From positions 832,001 through 896,000 of the forward strand of contig CAXXMV010000002.1 in assembly GCA_963662285.2 (NCBI GenBank): 64,000 nucleotides of DNA. Reading direction: 5' to 3'. The notes under the pieces were generated by a model. That model saw only the letters and a list, made by a program, of their open reading frames with translations, did not search any database and was not told where the DNA came from. Numbering within the stretch: the stretch's first letter is position 1; each line of letters begins with the position of its first letter. The DNA is from a bacterium. GTDB lineage: Bacteria > Hinthialibacterota > Hinthialibacteria > Hinthialibacterales > Hinthialibacteraceae. This document shows, piece by piece, positions 21,024 through 30,336 of the stretch. Made by a program: the position numbers and the translations under genes.

Positions 21024-22025
21024 ATTCCACGAGATCATTTTCAGGTTATCTTTCATACTGCAATTCAATCCAAATGCTATGCTCGGTTCAAATCCGGAGT
21101 GGATTTTACATGTAGCGCAACGGGGATCATTACCCGGTCCAAGCGAATCCCAATCGGTTTTATCCATCAATTCGTGAAATGTCTGGTAGTAGCCATCATC
21201 GAGAACATAGCAGGGCTTTTTCCAGCCATGAACCGTTCTGGTCGGGCTGCCCCAGGGAGAACAGGGTATCTCACGCAATCCTCTTAGAAATTCAATATAC
21301 AATGGAGAATTATCCAAGGGGTATTGTTTGGGATTGCCGTTTGCTCCGAATATCTCCTGGAAAATCGCTTCCAGTTTCGCTCTTTCCTTAAAACCGACGT
21401 CGCCCTTGGCGCCTTCCTGTGGATAAGCGCCGGAAATGAGGATTCCGTCAATATCAATTTGCTTCAGATAATCCATCATTTCAATGATTTCCTGCGGCTT
21501 TGATCCGTTAAATAAAGTAGTATTGGTTGCGACCCGGTATCCTCTTTTTTTCGCTTCTTCGATGGCTGCTGAAACCTGTTTGAAAGTCCCCGGACGGTCA
21601 ACCGCCCAATCATGCCCCTTTTCCATGCCATCAAGATGCACGCTCAAACATAGCCGGTTATGGGGAGGGATTTTGACCCAGAAACGATCCAGAAAAATAG
21701 CGTTTGTACAAAGATAAACGTACTTTTTCTTTTCGATTAACGCATTAATCAACTGGTCAACCGGCTTATAAACCAACGGCTCCCCGCCGCATACCGAGAC
21801 GATTGGCGTTCCGCATTCATCTACTGCGTCGAGGCATTGCTCCACCGTCAGATCAGCGACAGGATTGGCGTGATGGTCAGCGATACGCCCGCAACCTACG
21901 CAATTAAGGTTGCACCTCAAAGTAGGCTCCAACATTAAAACCAGGGGAAAACGCTTGTTTCTCGATATAAATTTACCAGCTAGATATTTGATGATTGTAC
22001 TATATAAAACAACGGGAAATCTCAC
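21012..22025 (-). CDS. hpnH: Adenosylhopane synthase, radical SAM HpnH
   Basis: RFPLVLMLEPTLRCNLNCVGCG, SVCGGEPL, PWGSPTRT, C-terminal CATCKIHSGFE; adjacent to shc. Confidence 0.9.
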   Translation of the reverse strand: MRFPVVLYSTIIKYLAGKFISRNKRFPLVLMLEPTLRCNLNCVGCGRIADHHANPVADLTVEQCLDAVDECGTPIVSVCGGEPLVYKPVDQLINALIEKKKYVYLCTNAIFLDRFWVKIPPHNRLCLSVHLDGMEKGHDWAVDRPGTFKQVSAAIEEAKKRGYRVATNTTLFNGSKPQEIIEMMDYLKQIDIDGILISGAYPQEGAKGDVGFKERAKLEAIFQEIFGANGNPKQYPLDNSPLYIEFLRGLREIPCSPWGSPTRTVHGWKKPCYVLDDGYYQTFHELMDKTDWDSLGPGNDPRCATCKIHSGFEPSIAFGLNCSMKDNLKMISWNLFS

Positions 22026-22085
22026 TCTTTATTCCTTTATACATATATTTAAGTTTTTAAAAATCATGATAATGCTTCCCCCATG

Positions 22086-22733
22086 CGTAGGATGAGTCAA
22101 CGCTTCACCGACTCATCAAAGAACCACCTTCATCAAAGAACCACCTTCATCAAAAATCCACCCTACCCAACGCGTAGGATGGGTCACGCCTCACCGACCC
22201 ATCAAAAAACCACCCACTCGCTTCCAAGTCACCTCTCCCACCGGGAGAGGGCTAGGGTGAGGGGGCATAGCAGAAATGTTATTATAGAAATTATAACAAC
22301 AGCGAAGCTTATCAAGAAGCATTACAGCATGGAAGTAAGCATGAAGAACACTATATCATGGATTAATAGTGCGGGGAATATCATAGTGTGGGGAGCATCG
22401 GCTTCTAGCCGGTGTGTCAAAGCAAGAAAAACTTTTCCCTCAAAACCACCTCCGTAGAGTCCCATCGGGATCACGGTTGATACATGAGTGGTTTTGATGG
22501 GACACGCTTCCAGGGTGGTTGAAATGGAAAGAATGGCAATTGCTTTGTCCCATCCTACTTCACTGGTTATTACCCAAAATCCCTCTCCCCCAAGTTGGGA
22601 GAGAATAAAAGAGGGGGTTGTTTCCTGAAACTCGATATTTTTCAATTAACTTTAGAATGATAATCTAACTGCCGTTTTTAAAATAAAGATAATCGAAGAG
22701 ATTGGCGCACCGGCTAGAAGCCGATGCTCCCCA
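22086..22733. repeat. Dense multi-family REP/REPIN cluster between shc and hpnH
   Basis: Family C x2, family E, 17-bp tandem CATCAAAGAACCACCTT, and a 32-bp inverted pair at 22389-22420 / 22702-22733. Confidence 0.8.
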
Positions 22734-22803
22734 TTTTCGATTTTCCCTGATTATAGGTAGAGTGTTTTTTTCAGTTTATCAGGGGTAGGTGCATGTTTCA
22801 ATT

Positions 22804-24762
22804 TCAGCCTTGGGCAAGCGATTTATATTTACCCAGCGCCATCAGGGGGAAATAATTCCGGTATCCTGTATAACGTAAATAAAAGACTCTGGGGAAGCCG
22901 GTGCCGGTGAATTCGTCTTCATCCCACCCGCCATCAGGTTTTTGGATTTCGGTCAAATAGGCGAAGCCCCGCTTGATTACCGGGTGGTCAATCTCAATAC
23001 CGCCAATCATTAATCCCATTAACGCCCAAGCCGTTTGAGAGGGGGTTGAAGGAGCTTTAGTATTATGCGCAGAAGCCTGATATGATTCACAGGATTCGCC
23101 CCAACCGCCATCGTCCTGCTGTTGATCCAGCAGCCACTTGACGCCCTTTTGGATGCAGGCATCTTTGGATGAAACGCCGATTGCCGCCAATCCAGTAATA
23201 ACCTGCCAGGTTCCATAAATGTAATTGACGCCCCACCGGCCATACCATGAACCATCCGGTTCCTGTTCTTTTCTTAGATATCTGATGGCCCGCGCTGCTG
23301 GTGAATATTTCTCATTGAAACCAAACTCGCCGAACATCTCCAGGATGCGGGCGGTTACGTCAGCCGTGCTGGGATCCAGCAGAGCATTATGATCCGCAAA
23401 AGGGATCATATTCAAAAGTTCTTTATTATTATCAACATCAAACGCGCCCCAGCCGCCATCGGAACTCTGCATTGATAAAAGCCAGTCAATGCCGCGCTGG
23501 ATGGCGCTAAGCCGACGGTTATCAAGCGGAATGCGTGGATCTTTGATCGCCATCAATACCATAGCTGTATCATCGGTATCGGCGTAATAATCATTATCAT
23601 ATTCAAAAGCCCATCCGCCAGCCGGGCCGTAGGGATTCTTGATCTGCCAGTCGCCCTTGATTTGAATCTCCTGATCCACCATCCATTCCACCGCCTGGGT
23701 AATAGCCGGGTGGTTTTTTGGCATACCAGAGCGTTGCAGAGCAGCCAACACCATAGCCGTATCCCATGTGGGAGAAAAACAGGGTTGAAACCAAAGCCGG
23801 TCTTCCTCTTCCACCATCAATTCCATAAATGCATTTAATGCTTGTTGGAATACCGAATCCTCGTGATCATATTTCAGGCAGTCGAGCGCGATGATCATAT
23901 TCATCATGGCCGGATAGATAGCGGCCAGACCACCGCCCCGCCGACTATGCTCCAGCATCCAGGCTTCAGCTTTTCTCAAGGCTTCACGGCGGGTAAAAGG
24001 TGAATAAAAGCGATCCGAGCGTTTCACAATCGCATCCATGGCATTGAAAAAAGTTTTCCATGATACGGTTTTACGAAATTTCTTATTATTTTCCTGTAAT
24101 GATTTCGGCAGCCACCATCCGCTGCAATCAACCGTAGAAGGAGGCGCTTTGATAGGGGTGTGAGACCATATAATGCTCAAAGGTACAACAATGGCGCGGG
24201 ACCATGAAGAAATCTCGTAAATATTAAAATAAAACGATGTCGGCAGGAACATCAATTCCGGCGGCATTGATACAATTTTATTCCACGGATATTGACCATA
24301 AAGACCAAGATAAAAACGGGTATAACTATTAACATTATCCAGTCCACCCAATCGAAGCAGACATTCTTCCGCCTTTTTCAAGGCTTGGTTGTCATTGGTC
24401 AACCCGGCTAGTTGCATGGCGAAAGCGCATTTTACCGTAGCGTTTAACTCGCTAGGGCCGCCATGATATATATTCCAGCCTCCGTCTTCCAGTTGAGTAT
24501 CCAAAATCCAACGGATAGCTTTCTTTTCCAGTTTAGGATCAACATGGCCGATATAATGCATAAGCATGATGTAATCCGCAACAAGGGTTGAATCAGCCTC
24601 TAAGGGAAAACACCAATAACCTGTTGATTGTTGGTTAGATAAAAAGAAAGTATGGCTGTTTTCTATAGCCTGTTCTATTGCTTGATCTAACGATTTAATT
24701 CGTTCTTGGGCAATATTATCAAGAGTTTTCTCTATTTCGACTTGCTTGGATTCCAAGACCAT
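22804..24762 (-). CDS. shc: Squalene-hopene cyclase
   Basis: DTDDTA (DxDD) catalytic motif, multiple QW repeats (QxxDGGW), FTGTGFPRVFYLRY. Confidence 0.96.
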   Translation of the reverse strand: MVLESKQVEIEKTLDNIAQERIKSLDQAIEQAIENSHTFFLSNQQSTGYWCFPLEADSTLVADYIMLMHYIGHVDPKLEKKAIRWILDTQLEDGGWNIYHGGPSELNATVKCAFAMQLAGLTNDNQALKKAEECLLRLGGLDNVNSYTRFYLGLYGQYPWNKIVSMPPELMFLPTSFYFNIYEISSWSRAIVVPLSIIWSHTPIKAPPSTVDCSGWWLPKSLQENNKKFRKTVSWKTFFNAMDAIVKRSDRFYSPFTRREALRKAEAWMLEHSRRGGGLAAIYPAMMNMIIALDCLKYDHEDSVFQQALNAFMELMVEEEDRLWFQPCFSPTWDTAMVLAALQRSGMPKNHPAITQAVEWMVDQEIQIKGDWQIKNPYGPAGGWAFEYDNDYYADTDDTAMVLMAIKDPRIPLDNRRLSAIQRGIDWLLSMQSSDGGWGAFDVDNNKELLNMIPFADHNALLDPSTADVTARILEMFGEFGFNEKYSPAARAIRYLRKEQEPDGSWYGRWGVNYIYGTWQVITGLAAIGVSSKDACIQKGVKWLLDQQQDDGGWGESCESYQASAHNTKAPSTPSQTAWALMGLMIGGIEIDHPVIKRGFAYLTEIQKPDGGWDEDEFTGTGFPRVFYLRYTGYRNYFPLMALGKYKSLAQG

Positions 24763-25079
24763 ATCGCTATTCGCTGTTCCTTAAACCGAAAATAATCTAG
24801 ATAATTTAATAGTAAAATACAATTTATGATACAAATGTATTCTATCAAGTGTAATCATTCAAGTCTTCTTATTTTTTTTGCAGGCGTATAAATCAAGAAA
24901 TCTACTCTCACCGCCGCCAGAAGCCATTTCTTTTACGTCTCTGCAACTTATACTGAACATTGAATTAACCATAATTCACTGTGAATTGCTATGGTAAATC
25001 CCTTTAACTCAACAATTCACTGCGCAGTGCAGCGCGTATAAAAGAGTAGTTAATTACCCCTTTTCCGGAGTCTGGCTAA

Positions 25080-25850
25080 ATGGCATCAGAAAAACGTTTT
25101 GGTTATGAATGGTCAAAATACCGCGAACTGAATCCTCTTTACGAAAACCAGTTCAAGCAATGGTTAGGCCCCGTTTCTCCTGAATTCATCAAAGGCAAAC
25201 GCATATTAGATGCCGGATGCGGTATGGGACGTAACAGTTATTGGTGCTTGAAATGGGGAGCGGATCAGGTTGTAGCCTTTGATAATGACGAACGCACTGT
25301 TGAGGCGGCGAGAGACACCCTGGCTGAATTCCCTAATGCAACCGTCGAGAAACAAAGCATTTACTCCATCCCCTACCAAAATGAATTCGACATAGTCTTC
25401 TCCATTGGAGTCGTTCAGTTATTGGAAAACCCAGCAGATGCGGTCGAGCAAATGATTGGCGCCTTGAAACCGGGCGGCATCCTGGCGCTTTGGCTTTACG
25501 CCAAAGAGGGCAATGGATTCGTATTAAATGTGATAGATCCCATACGCCGCTATTTCACCTCCAAACTCCCCCCCCGCGTGTTGGATTGCTTCACCTACTT
25601 GCTTTCGGCGCCGCTTTACGCCTACATCAAATTATTCCGCCCCAAGTCTGAGTATTATCAAACGCTGCGTCAGTTCCCTTTCAGAAACATCCACCTGATC
25701 ATATTCGATCACCTTCTTCCAACTGTGGCGTGGTATTTCACCAAAGAAGAGGCCTTGGATTTGATAAGTAAATTAGAAGACAAAACCGCTGACTATATCA
25801 ACAACAATAGCTGGACGGTTACGGGAATCAAACCGGCTGCGGATTCGTAA
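25080..25850 (+). CDS. Class I SAM-dependent methyltransferase
   Basis: ILDAGCGMGR, FDIVFSIGV, LKPGG. Confidence 0.85.
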   Translation: MASEKRFGYEWSKYRELNPLYENQFKQWLGPVSPEFIKGKRILDAGCGMGRNSYWCLKWGADQVVAFDNDERTVEAARDTLAEFPNATVEKQSIYSIPYQNEFDIVFSIGVVQLLENPADAVEQMIGALKPGGILALWLYAKEGNGFVLNVIDPIRRYFTSKLPPRVLDCFTYLLSAPLYAYIKLFRPKSEYYQTLRQFPFRNIHLIIFDHLLPTVAWYFTKEEALDLISKLEDKTADYINNNSWTVTGIKPAADS

Positions 25851-26040
25851 GCATCAGGCGCTTCAAATGACAGTTACTGAAAATCCGTCAAGCATTCCAG
25901 AACTCGTTACAGGCCGGAATCGGTTGCGCAGTAGTATTTCTCTGTATTAATGTTTTAGTGAACTACCAATTCTTTTATTGGAATAACCTTTTAAAGATCA
26001 ATCATCCAGATTAGCATCAAGAGTAGATATTGAGGAAAAG

Positions 26041-26784
26041 ATGATGGAACAAGTAGGCTGCGGACGGATATGGGGCGGCAATAAAAATACCGATCTCGAC
26101 TTATGCACCAATACGCTTGAAACCAGCGTTAGATCCATCGCCTGCAATAGCGGCAATGGGGGCGACTTTTATTACTACAGCGTTTGTGGAGAAGGTACGC
26201 TAAGCCGTATAATATTGGGCGACGTGGTCGGTCATGGCGACGAAGTAAGCCATATCAGCCGATGGGTCTATGATTTAATAAAGAAAAACATCAATAAACT
26301 CGAAGGCAACAACATACTCTCAGACTTGAATGATGAAATTCAAAAGCGTGGATTAGACGCCATGACTACGGCGGTGGTTATCGGGTACTACACCGGAGAT
26401 CATAATTTCTACTTTTCCTATGCAGGCCACTATCCGGCTTTGATTCGCAGAAAAGGTGAAAAAGAATGGTGGACCGCCTATATCGATGCGAATTATGATA
26501 ATCCAAACTTGCCGCTTGGCATCAGAAAAAACATACCCTACGACCAATGCCATATCCCTCTTTCGTCAGGAGACTGCATCTTCATCTACACTGACGGCAT
26601 CATAGAAGCGACCAATGCGGAAAACCAAATGTATAACGTCGAAAGCCTGATAGCCTGCCTGGACGCGATTCCGGAAAATGATCCCCAGATCATCAAAAAC
26701 GCAGTGTTCAATGATCTGAATAAATTCTGCAACGGACGCATGGAACACGATGACGTAACGGCTATCGTCGTCAAAATCCATTAG
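26041..26784 (+). CDS. Stand-alone PP2C/SpoIIE phosphatase
   Basis: GGDFYY, GDVVGHG, AGH, YTDG, DDVT. Confidence 0.85.
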   Translation: MMEQVGCGRIWGGNKNTDLDLCTNTLETSVRSIACNSGNGGDFYYYSVCGEGTLSRIILGDVVGHGDEVSHISRWVYDLIKKNINKLEGNNILSDLNDEIQKRGLDAMTTAVVIGYYTGDHNFYFSYAGHYPALIRRKGEKEWWTAYIDANYDNPNLPLGIRKNIPYDQCHIPLSSGDCIFIYTDGIIEATNAENQMYNVESLIACLDAIPENDPQIIKNAVFNDLNKFCNGRMEHDDVTAIVVKIH

Positions 26785-26811
26785 AGTGTTCAGCGTCAAT
26801 GCATACTGATA

Positions 26812-26855
26812 CGGGCGCCAAGGGCAGTGTATTTTCTGCCCTTGATTGAGTCACT
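26812..26855 (+). repeat. REP-like family B copy
   Basis: GGGCGCCAAGGGCAG...CTGCCCTTGA, nearly identical to the copy at 30201-30244. Confidence 0.75.
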
Positions 26856-27050
26856 TCTTATTTCCAGAATTCCCACCTGTATTCAACGCGGAAGCCAGAA
26901 TCATAAAGTGATTTTATTTATCAATGTTGATCCTTCAAGGGCAGCGTTCTTTATACTTGTCTAAATTTCCGCAATAACGCTTTGCCTGTTTTTATTAAAG
27001 GCGGTATGATTTATACGGATAACATTTATCTCATCGAAAAGAGAAATCAG

Positions 27051-28037
27051 ATGAAACATAATTTACTCAATATTCTTTATGCTTTAGTAATCACAATGGC
27101 AATTTCCCTTGCTTCATACGCTGCGCCTATTCCGGTTATATTTGATACTGATATCGGCTCGGATATTGATGATACCTGGGCGCTGGCTTTATTGCTCAGT
27201 TCTCCAGAAGTGGATTTAAGAATGGTGCTTACTGATAGCCAGGATACTACTGCACGAGCCAAAATCGCAGCCAAATTTCTTGAACAAGTACGGCGCACGG
27301 ATGTTGCGGTGGGCATCGGCGTTAAAACTGAGAGTAAAAAAATCCCTCAAGCCAAATGGGCTGAAGAGTATGACCTAAGCAAGTATCAGGGCGCAGTGCA
27401 TCAAGACGGCATCCAGGCGGCGATTGATATTATCAAAAAAGCAACCGCAACGGTTCATTTGATTGTGGTCGGCCCCTGCCCCAACATTCCGGTCATGCTG
27501 CAACGCGATCCAACCATCGTCAAAAAAGTAAAGGTATTCGCCATGAGCGGCAGCGTGCGCAAAGGGTATAACAACCGTCCTTCGCCCAGTCCGGAATATA
27601 ATGTCCGCGAAGATGTACCGGCATCCCAGAAACTTTACACAGCGCCTTGGGATTTAACTATAACTCCACTCGATACCTGCGGGATTGTTTCAATAATAGA
27701 CCTGCAATATCAAGGGCTAATGCAAACGCAGAATAGACTTATCAAAACTCTCCTTGAAAACTATATAACCTGGGTCGAAGAAGGTAAGCACAAAATCGAT
27801 CCCAATAGCCGCAGCACTACCCTATTCGATACAGTGGCGGTCTATTTATCGATTGCCAATGATTTGTGCAAAATGGAAGACTTGCGATTAAGAGTTGACG
27901 AGAGAGGTTACACCATTATTGATAAGAGCAGCCCGGAAGCCCGTATAGTTCGTACTGCAACCGAGTGGAAAGATCTGCCCGCATATAAAGAATGGATAAT
28001 TAACCGGCTCCTGAAAGGAGTGGTTAATCCGCAATAG
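27051..28037 (+). CDS. Nucleoside hydrolase (IU-NH) family protein with a signal peptide
   Basis: FDTDIGSDIDD, GPCPN, EYNV, PLD; hydrophobic N-terminus from ATG 27051. Confidence 0.8.
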   Translation: MKHNLLNILYALVITMAISLASYAAPIPVIFDTDIGSDIDDTWALALLLSSPEVDLRMVLTDSQDTTARAKIAAKFLEQVRRTDVAVGIGVKTESKKIPQAKWAEEYDLSKYQGAVHQDGIQAAIDIIKKATATVHLIVVGPCPNIPVMLQRDPTIVKKVKVFAMSGSVRKGYNNRPSPSPEYNVREDVPASQKLYTAPWDLTITPLDTCGIVSIIDLQYQGLMQTQNRLIKTLLENYITWVEEGKHKIDPNSRSTTLFDTVAVYLSIANDLCKMEDLRLRVDERGYTIIDKSSPEARIVRTATEWKDLPAYKEWIINRLLKGVVNPQ

Positions 28038-28084
28038 AGTAGTTGTCATAATAATGTTCTGGAGAGGGTTACATAAAAAATAAA

Positions 28085-28477
28085 ATGGATTCTGATCGTA
28101 CAAAAATCCTGGTTGTGGACGACGATGCGCAAATCAGGGATGTTTCCATTAATGTTTTTAAGATGCTTGGTTATGAAGCCTGTTCCGCCAAAGACGGAGC
28201 CGCCGCGATTGAATTATATAAACAGGCGATGGACGCCAACCAAAGTTTCGATGTCGTAATCATGGATTTAACTATACCTGGCGGTATGGGAGGCAAGGAA
28301 ACAATCATCGAGTTGAAAAAGATTAATCCGAAGGTAAAAGCGATCATATCAAGCGGTTCATCCTGCGATCCAACCATACTTGAATATAAGAAACATGGAT
28401 TCTGCGCCGCTATAAATAAACCATATAGAATTAAAGAGATAAAGCAAGTTCTTTTGCAAGTGCTTGAACAAGAATAA
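28085..28477 (+). CDS. Single-domain response regulator
   Basis: ILVVDDD, DVVIMDLTIPGGMGG, KPY. Confidence 0.9.
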   Translation: MDSDRTKILVVDDDAQIRDVSINVFKMLGYEACSAKDGAAAIELYKQAMDANQSFDVVIMDLTIPGGMGGKETIIELKKINPKVKAIISSGSSCDPTILEYKKHGFCAAINKPYRIKEIKQVLLQVLEQE

Positions 28478-28486
28478 GAGTTAGCG

Positions 28487-29389
28487 CTATATCAATAATA
28501 CACTACGGGTTGAATTACCCACCTTACCATCCGGCGATAATCCATGTTGTTTCTGAAAGGCTATTACCGCATCTTTAGTATCCTGGCCAAACGCACCATC
28601 AGCCGTGACGCTGAAACCACGGTTGATCAATGCCTGTTGAATCTCTTTAACGTCATCACCCCTCATAAGTGGTGATGTTAATTTCAATAGGCGTTTATAT
28701 ACGCCGTTGAGAGCATTCTCATCAATAATCACCCCGCGCACGGATAAGGGCAACGCCAAATCCCATTTATCCAACCCAATCAATTCATTGAAAGCATCCA
28801 TCCGGTAGACCGTCGCATGAAGCGCTGGATTAGAATTAGTTGCCAGCCACTCGCGGCGTACTTTCACGTAATCTTTGATCCATATTTTTTCACCGATATC
28901 GCTTACGACGCCGTATGCATCATTGGTTTTATTGGATATTTTTTTTAATGCACCCTGGATGTTTCCATCATAGAAAACCGTAATACCCAAACTGGTTGTA
29001 ATGTTATTTTTACTCGCAGTCTTTACTGATGGATTCCAAAATTCACTATCCAGATAGTTATCCTGGGCGCTCTGCATCACCGGATCAATGCTGGCTTCGT
29101 TGAGCAGACTCTTGAATGAGTTATCATGATCAAGGTTTAAGTCAGGCTGCTCCATCCGGGGGAGATAAGGGGAAAGAGCATCAGCGTACCGGGCGCCTTG
29201 ATTTTCGCAATAGGCCTTGATCAGGCGATATAGATTCCCACTGGCTAAGGTGACTTGAGAACGGCCATAGGATAAATGTCCACTATCGCCTTTTATAACT
29301 GTAACTTTACCATAGTCGCCAAGTACTCGGCCTGTTTCAAAAATGTTGATGATGGCCTGGGCGGTTTTCTTTTGCAGTATAGTAATCAT
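28487..29389 (-). CDS. Lysozyme-fold (GH46 chitosanase-like) hydrolase with a C-terminal PG_binding_1 domain
   Basis: IINIFETG, GDSGHLSYGRSQ; C-terminal LMRGDDVKEIQ...DGAFG...FQKQHGL.PDG.VG. The true start is likely 29389, since the upstream extension is REP-derived. Confidence 0.75.
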   Translation of the reverse strand: MITILQKKTAQAIINIFETGRVLGDYGKVTVIKGDSGHLSYGRSQVTLASGNLYRLIKAYCENQGARYADALSPYLPRMEQPDLNLDHDNSFKSLLNEASIDPVMQSAQDNYLDSEFWNPSVKTASKNNITTSLGITVFYDGNIQGALKKISNKTNDAYGVVSDIGEKIWIKDYVKVRREWLATNSNPALHATVYRMDAFNELIGLDKWDLALPLSVRGVIIDENALNGVYKRLLKLTSPLMRGDDVKEIQQALINRGFSVTADGAFGQDTKDAVIAFQKQHGLSPDGKVGNSTRSVLLI

Positions 29390-29501
29390 TTCAATATCCT
29401 TTTTTGCACCCCAAATCCTTTTCCAAGTTTGGGGGGAAGATAACGAAGGGCTTGTTATATCAAACCCTCCCCTAGCCCCTCCCAAAGTTGGAAGGGGAAT
29501 T

Positions 29502-30065
29502 TCAGACAAAAAAGGGATTGCAGTTTTTCTCGATACCCACCGTGGTTACCGGGCCGTGGCCGGAACAGATCAAGACATCATCGGGCAAGCTGAATATCAC
29601 GCGGCGGATATTATCCTGCTCCTCCTTTTGCAAATCCGGGTTCGACGTCCCGCCGATAGAGCCGGCGAAAAGCGCATCGCCCACGAAAGCGAAACGGTTC
29701 TCAACCACAAGAGTCATTGAGTCTGGAGTATGACCGCTGGTTTTGAAAACTGATGCGCTTAATTTCCCCAAGGGAATAGAGTCGCCTTCGCTAATGGCGG
29801 TTCCATTGGGAGTCGCTCCATTCATGGAATAGACCGCCGCATCGTATTTCTGCAAGATTGATGCCAATCCGCCGTCATGATCCCAATGGGCGTGGGTCAG
29901 GAATATCCCCGTAAGCCGCATGTTGTTGTCATTGAGATACTTATCAAATTCCGGGGTATCCTCGCCCGCATCAACTAAGATGGCTTCGCCAGTTTCAGGG
30001 CAGCCAATAATATAGGCGTTGGCCTCATTAGCTTCTTTAAGAAAAAAAGGTTGAAAATTAACCAT
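29502..30065 (-). CDS. MBL-fold metallohydrolase
   Basis: THAHWDH, GHT, GDALF, GHG. Confidence 0.88.
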   Translation of the reverse strand: MVNFQPFFLKEANEANAYIIGCPETGEAILVDAGEDTPEFDKYLNDNNMRLTGIFLTHAHWDHDGGLASILQKYDAAVYSMNGATPNGTAISEGDSIPLGKLSASVFKTSGHTPDSMTLVVENRFAFVGDALFAGSIGGTSNPDLQKEEQDNIRRVIFSLPDDVLICSGHGPVTTVGIEKNCNPFFV

Positions 30066-30108
30066 AATCTTTTCCTTGCGGTTCTTTCGTCAATCCTATG
30101 TAAGTAGG

Positions 30109-30281
30109 CAATGTCATTAAGTTAACCGCGTTGTCCCCTCTCCCACCTGGAGAGGGTTAGGGTGAGGAGGATACTACAATAACTTAAGTTAATAACATAT
30201 CGGGTGGCAAGGGCAGTGTATTTTCTGCCCTTGATCAAGCCACTTACGATATGTTGAAATTCCTCAGCTTAATAACATTAC
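30109..30281. mobile_element. About 90-bp MITE-like element (TIR CAATGTCATTAA) carrying a family-E hairpin, plus an adjacent family-B composite
   Basis: Homologous in inverted orientation to 55403-55494; 30201-30281 is homologous to 32490-32578. Confidence 0.65.
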
Positions 30282-30336
30282 AAGAAAAACGACCCTACAA
30301 TTACCCAATTAGCGCTATCATTATCTAACTGATGCT

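Noticed and set aside
29390-29509. N-terminal extension of the PG hydrolase ORF
   Set aside because: It translates REP-like hairpin DNA and overlaps the MBL gene end; the ATG at 29389 has a plausible RBS.
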